A DNA stretch of 64,000 nucleotides from Chthonomonadaceae bacterium (GTDB lineage Bacteria; Armatimonadota; Chthonomonadetes; Chthonomonadales; Chthonomonadaceae), in contig DASRGZ010000119.1 of the NCBI GenBank assembly GCA_035650735.1, positions 1-64,000 on the forward strand. Direction: 5' to 3'. Shown one piece after another: positions 60,732 through 64,000 of the stretch. Positions within the stretch are counted from its first letter, which is position 1. Each line of letters begins with the position of its first letter. The translations under genes and the position numbers were made by a program. Under the pieces are notes generated by a model. The model was not told the origin of the DNA. It did not search any database and was given only the letters and a program-made list of their open reading frames with translations.

Positions 60732-60843
60732 CGGCGCCCTTCCATCCTCGGTTCCCTCGATTGAAACGTTCCCTTAGCACCTTCAGAAACTTCAGAACCC
60801 TCAGAACCGGCGCCCTTCCATCCTCGGTTCTCCCTATTGAAAC
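60732..60843 (+). repeat. two 36-bp direct repeats ending ATTGAAAC, separated by 40 bp
   Basis: CGGCGCCCTTCCATCCTCGGTTC-N5-ATTGAAAC at 60732-60767 and 60808-60843. Confidence 0.85.
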
Positions 60844-60915
60844 AGCGTAACCAGGACCAAAGCGGCATGAGAGATGTTGTCTCGCCGTGCTTCCACTGTC
60901 ACTTATTGAAAAAGC

Positions 60916-63000
60916 TTAACCCGGCGCCTGCGGCAGGACGGCTTCGGGCATCCGGTGCAGGGCGTAATGGTTGCGGTCGCGCTCCAGTTTGCGGCACTCC
61001 TTCGTATAGAGCGGCTGCCCGCAGGTCGGGCACGGGCTCAGCGACGAGAGCTTGTCCAGGTACTTGATGACGCAGGTGACGAAGCTGGCGTGGCTCCAGG
61101 TCAACGGCGAGACGGAGAGCGGATCGTCGTTATACGGGTTGACCTGCTCGGCCAGCACGCCGGAGGGCAGCGCATGTTGCACACACCACTCCAGGAACGG
61201 CAGCGCCTCCTCCAACTCCGTCACCGAGCGCGCCTGCGCGATCTCGTATTGGGCCAGCCAGAGGGTGCTCAGAAACCAGGGATTGCCGGGAACGTTGGCC
61301 AGGTCGTGGCTGACCTGGTGGTAATAGTCGTTCTCGTAGCGGGCCAGGCCGCCCACGTCCGTTTTGATCCAGAGGCGCTGGCGCATCGCCTCGACGGTCG
61401 CCACGATCTTAGGGGCATCGGCCTCGTACATCCCGAAGAGAAACAGGCCGACCACGCTGGCGTCCATCGTCGGGTCGGGCAGGCAGTTGCCATCGGCGTC
61501 AAACTGGATCATGCGCACGAAGCGGTTCCACTGCGCCTGCCACAAATAGGTATCGGTGCCCTCCTTCATGTGCGCGGCCGCGTCGCGGAACTCCACCGCC
61601 AGGTCTTCCTCGCCGAAGCTATGGGCGAAGTTGGCGGCGGCGATCAGCCCGCCGTAGGTGGCTCCCACCGTCCAGGCCAGGATGCCGCGCCGCTCCTCCC
61701 AAAGGTCGTAGGAGGGTAGGGGCAGCCCGGTATGGGGCGTGCGGTACTCGGTCATCCACTGCCCGGCCCGGATGATCAGGTCGCGATAGAGCGGGCGCAC
61801 CATCTCAATATCTCGATACTTGTCAAAGTGCTTCCACAGCGCCCAGACTACCAGCGCCGTCTCGTCCTCCTGGATGGGCAACTGCGGCTCGCCGTGGACG
61901 ATCCAGGGGTGCCAACTGCTGCCCGCGCTGCCATCGGGGTTGTATTTGTGGAGAAAGTAGCCGTACCGGGTGATGACCTTATAGCACCAGAGGAAGAAGT
62001 CGGTGGAGATTTGGTTGTAACCTGCCAGATCGAGCGCGTACGCCACTAAGGCTCCATCGCGGGGCCAGACGTAGGAATAGGTATCGCGGGCGAACTGGGT
62101 GATGTCGCTATCGTTGGCGGCGAGGATGGCCCCGTTGGCGTCAATCTGGGTGCGCAGGATGAGCAGGCTGCGCTTATAGAGGCGGAGGATGTCGGCGGAA
62201 AGCGGGCCGAAGTCGTACTCATCCTTGTTGACCCACAGCTTCCAGAAGGCGGCGGTGCGATGGAGGAGCGTGCGCGGGTGCTTCTCCAGGACGAGCTTGT
62301 TGAGGGTCTTGACGCCTTCATAGCGGTCGTCTACACAGATCCAGTAGTAGCACTCGACCGTCTCCTGGGGGCCGACGTGCAGGTGCGCGGCGAGGGTGCT
62401 ATCGACGCTGCCCTGGGCGATGGGGTTGCGTCCGAGCACGCCGTCGCCCTCCGCATCGCGCCAGGTGCCTTCCGCGCCGCCGATGCCTTTGACGCCAATG
62501 GCGAAGTCGCTCATGCCGGTATGGTCGGGCTTGAGGCAATTGATGAGGAAGTAGCGGTTCTCCTTGTAATGAAGGATAGCGTTGAGATCGGGATTAAAGT
62601 AGGCGGTATCGCCGAGTTCAAATCCGTTAATGTAGAAGTCGTGGTGAAAGAAGAGGCGAACCTCGCGCGGATGGTCGGCCTGGTTGGTCAGGTAGATGCG
62701 CCGCAGGTAGATGGTCTCGTAGAAATCCACGGCATCCTGGCAGCGCAGGGAGAGCTGCAACCCCTTGTGCTCCAGATGGACATCCGTGACCAGGGTTTCG
62801 TCCAGATAGTCCAGGCTGCGCGTCCAGTCGTCGCCGCTGGCCCAGGAGGTCTGGCCGTCGCACCAGACGCCGAAGTGGAACGGGTGGCCGGCCGAGTGGT
62901 TCTCGTCGCCGACGTGGGGATAGTAGAAATCGCGTATCTGGTAGCGGCTGTCGAAATTGATCAGCAGCCGCCCGTTGCCGATAGGAATATCGCGGGGCAT
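60916..63000 (-). CDS. GH15 glucoamylase/trehalase-like glycosidase
   Basis: YSYVWPRDGA, QEDETA, YDLWEE, LAEQV, PLTWSHA; C-terminal CPTCG. Confidence 0.92.
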   Translation of the reverse strand: MPRDIPIGNGRLLINFDSRYQIRDFYYPHVGDENHSAGHPFHFGVWCDGQTSWASGDDWTRSLDYLDETLVTDVHLEHKGLQLSLRCQDAVDFYETIYLRRIYLTNQADHPREVRLFFHHDFYINGFELGDTAYFNPDLNAILHYKENRYFLINCLKPDHTGMSDFAIGVKGIGGAEGTWRDAEGDGVLGRNPIAQGSVDSTLAAHLHVGPQETVECYYWICVDDRYEGVKTLNKLVLEKHPRTLLHRTAAFWKLWVNKDEYDFGPLSADILRLYKRSLLILRTQIDANGAILAANDSDITQFARDTYSYVWPRDGALVAYALDLAGYNQISTDFFLWCYKVITRYGYFLHKYNPDGSAGSSWHPWIVHGEPQLPIQEDETALVVWALWKHFDKYRDIEMVRPLYRDLIIRAGQWMTEYRTPHTGLPLPSYDLWEERRGILAWTVGATYGGLIAAANFAHSFGEEDLAVEFRDAAAHMKEGTDTYLWQAQWNRFVRMIQFDADGNCLPDPTMDASVVGLFLFGMYEADAPKIVATVEAMRQRLWIKTDVGGLARYENDYYHQVSHDLANVPGNPWFLSTLWLAQYEIAQARSVTELEEALPFLEWCVQHALPSGVLAEQVNPYNDDPLSVSPLTWSHASFVTCVIKYLDKLSSLSPCPTCGQPLYTKECRKLERDRNHYALHRMPEAVLPQAPG

Positions 63001-63249
63001 AGGCGCTCCTTGTATGGGGTGTAGGGGATAGGGAGTAGGAGGTAGGGAAAAGCCTGCCGGCCCGTTACCCTACTCCCTACCCCCTAGTCCCTGTTGTGTC
63101 GGATGGGGTGGGCTGTGCGTTCTGCTCTGGCGCTTACTTCGGGGCCTGCCAGGCCATTTCCTGCCAAGCCTGGCAGGTCTGCTAAGTGGTGCATCCGGCA
63201 AATCTGCCGTCCTTCTTTGCGCCGGAAACGAGGCATCGCAGCGCTGCCC

Positions 63250-63278
63250 TTGACGCTCCTGCAGGCCAGAGGTATAAT
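63250..63278 (+). promoter_or_regulatory. sigma70 promoter
   Basis: TTGACG-N17-TATAAT. Confidence 0.8.
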
Positions 63279-63310
63279 CCCCGCAAGAACGCCTTCGTCC
63301 CGGAGGAAGC

Positions 63311-64000
63311 ATGCCCATGAACCAGACCCTACAGGACTGGCTGCGCGACCAGATACAGGCCCTCAAAGACCAGAACCTCTATAAGCCGCTCGTGGTGATG
63401 GATTCGCCGTCCGGGCCGCGCATCACCGTCAACGGCAAACCCAACATCATTAACCTCTCCAGCAACAACTACCTGGGCCTGGCCGACCACCCCAAACTCA
63501 AAGAGGCCGCGATCCGGGCGGTGCAGAAGTGGGGGGCGGGCGCGGGCGCGGTCCGTCCCATCATCGGCACCATGCGCCCGCATGTCGAGCTGGAGCAGCG
63601 CCTGGCCGCCTTTAAGCACGTCGAGGCTACCCTGGTCTTCCAGAGCGGGTTCACGGCCAACGCAGGCACTATCCCTGCCCTGGCCGAAGCCGAGGATGTC
63701 ATCCTCACCGATGAACTTAACCACGCCAGCATTATTGATGGCGTGCGCCTCTCCAAAGCGGCCCGTAAAATCTACAAGCACCGCGACATGAATTCTCTGG
63801 AAGAGGCGCTCAAGGAATCCGCAGGGGCCAAAAAGCGGTTGATCATCACAGATGGCGTCTTCAGCATGGACGGGGACATCGCGCCCCTGCCCGACATCGT
63901 GGCCCTGGCCCGGCAATACGATGCTGCCGTGATGGTGGATGATGCGCACGGCTCCGGGGTGCTGGGCGGTGGGCGCGGCACCGCCTATCATTTTGGCGTC
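63311..64000 (+). CDS. PLP-dependent glycine C-acetyltransferase / 8-amino-7-oxononanoate synthase family (runs off window)
   Basis: [45 protein letters not shown]. Confidence 0.92.
   Translation, partial: MPMNQTLQDWLRDQIQALKDQNLYKPLVVMDSPSGPRITVNGKPNIINLSSNNYLGLADHPKLKEAAIRAVQKWGAGAGAVRPIIGTMRPHVELEQRLAAFKHVEATLVFQSGFTANAGTIPALAEAEDVILTDELNHASIIDGVRLSKAARKIYKHRDMNSLEEALKESAGAKKRLIITDGVFSMDGDIAPLPDIVALARQYDAAVMVDDAHGSGVLGGGRGTAYHFGV

Noticed and set aside
60732..60843. Calling a bona fide CRISPR array
   Set aside because: Only two repeats, no internal palindrome, low-complexity spacer and no cas genes in the window

Overview
GC-rich bacterial chromosomal window. Gene content (N-methyl-Phe/H-X9-DG prepilin-like proteins, PEP-CTERM, GntR-LacI fusion regulator, CRTAC1/ASPIC-UnbV proteins, UPF0182) suggests Armatimonadota or a similar lineage; this is inference only. 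It holds about 45 CDSs, one tRNA-Asp(GTC), housekeeping genes (ispH, orphan flhF, comF, kbl-like), a sugar ABC transporter with a divergent catabolic operon, and a decayed accessory patch (IS5 remnants, interrupted hicA, truncated APH). Two things stand out. (1) Two parallel regulator-linked loci pair a prepilin-like protein with membrane-anchored TPR paralogs and tiny Pro-rich single-TM proteins; one adds two CRTAC1 lipoproteins and a 7-heme cytochrome, the other adds glycosidases and a peptidase. This is a candidate uncharacterised envelope sensing/uptake system. (2) A ~47-nt structured DNA element with covarying stems sits in place of a ~4-nt YTCS motif inside REP-like hairpins and inside its own loop, nesting up to three deep. 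All family calls come from motif recognition; no searches were run.
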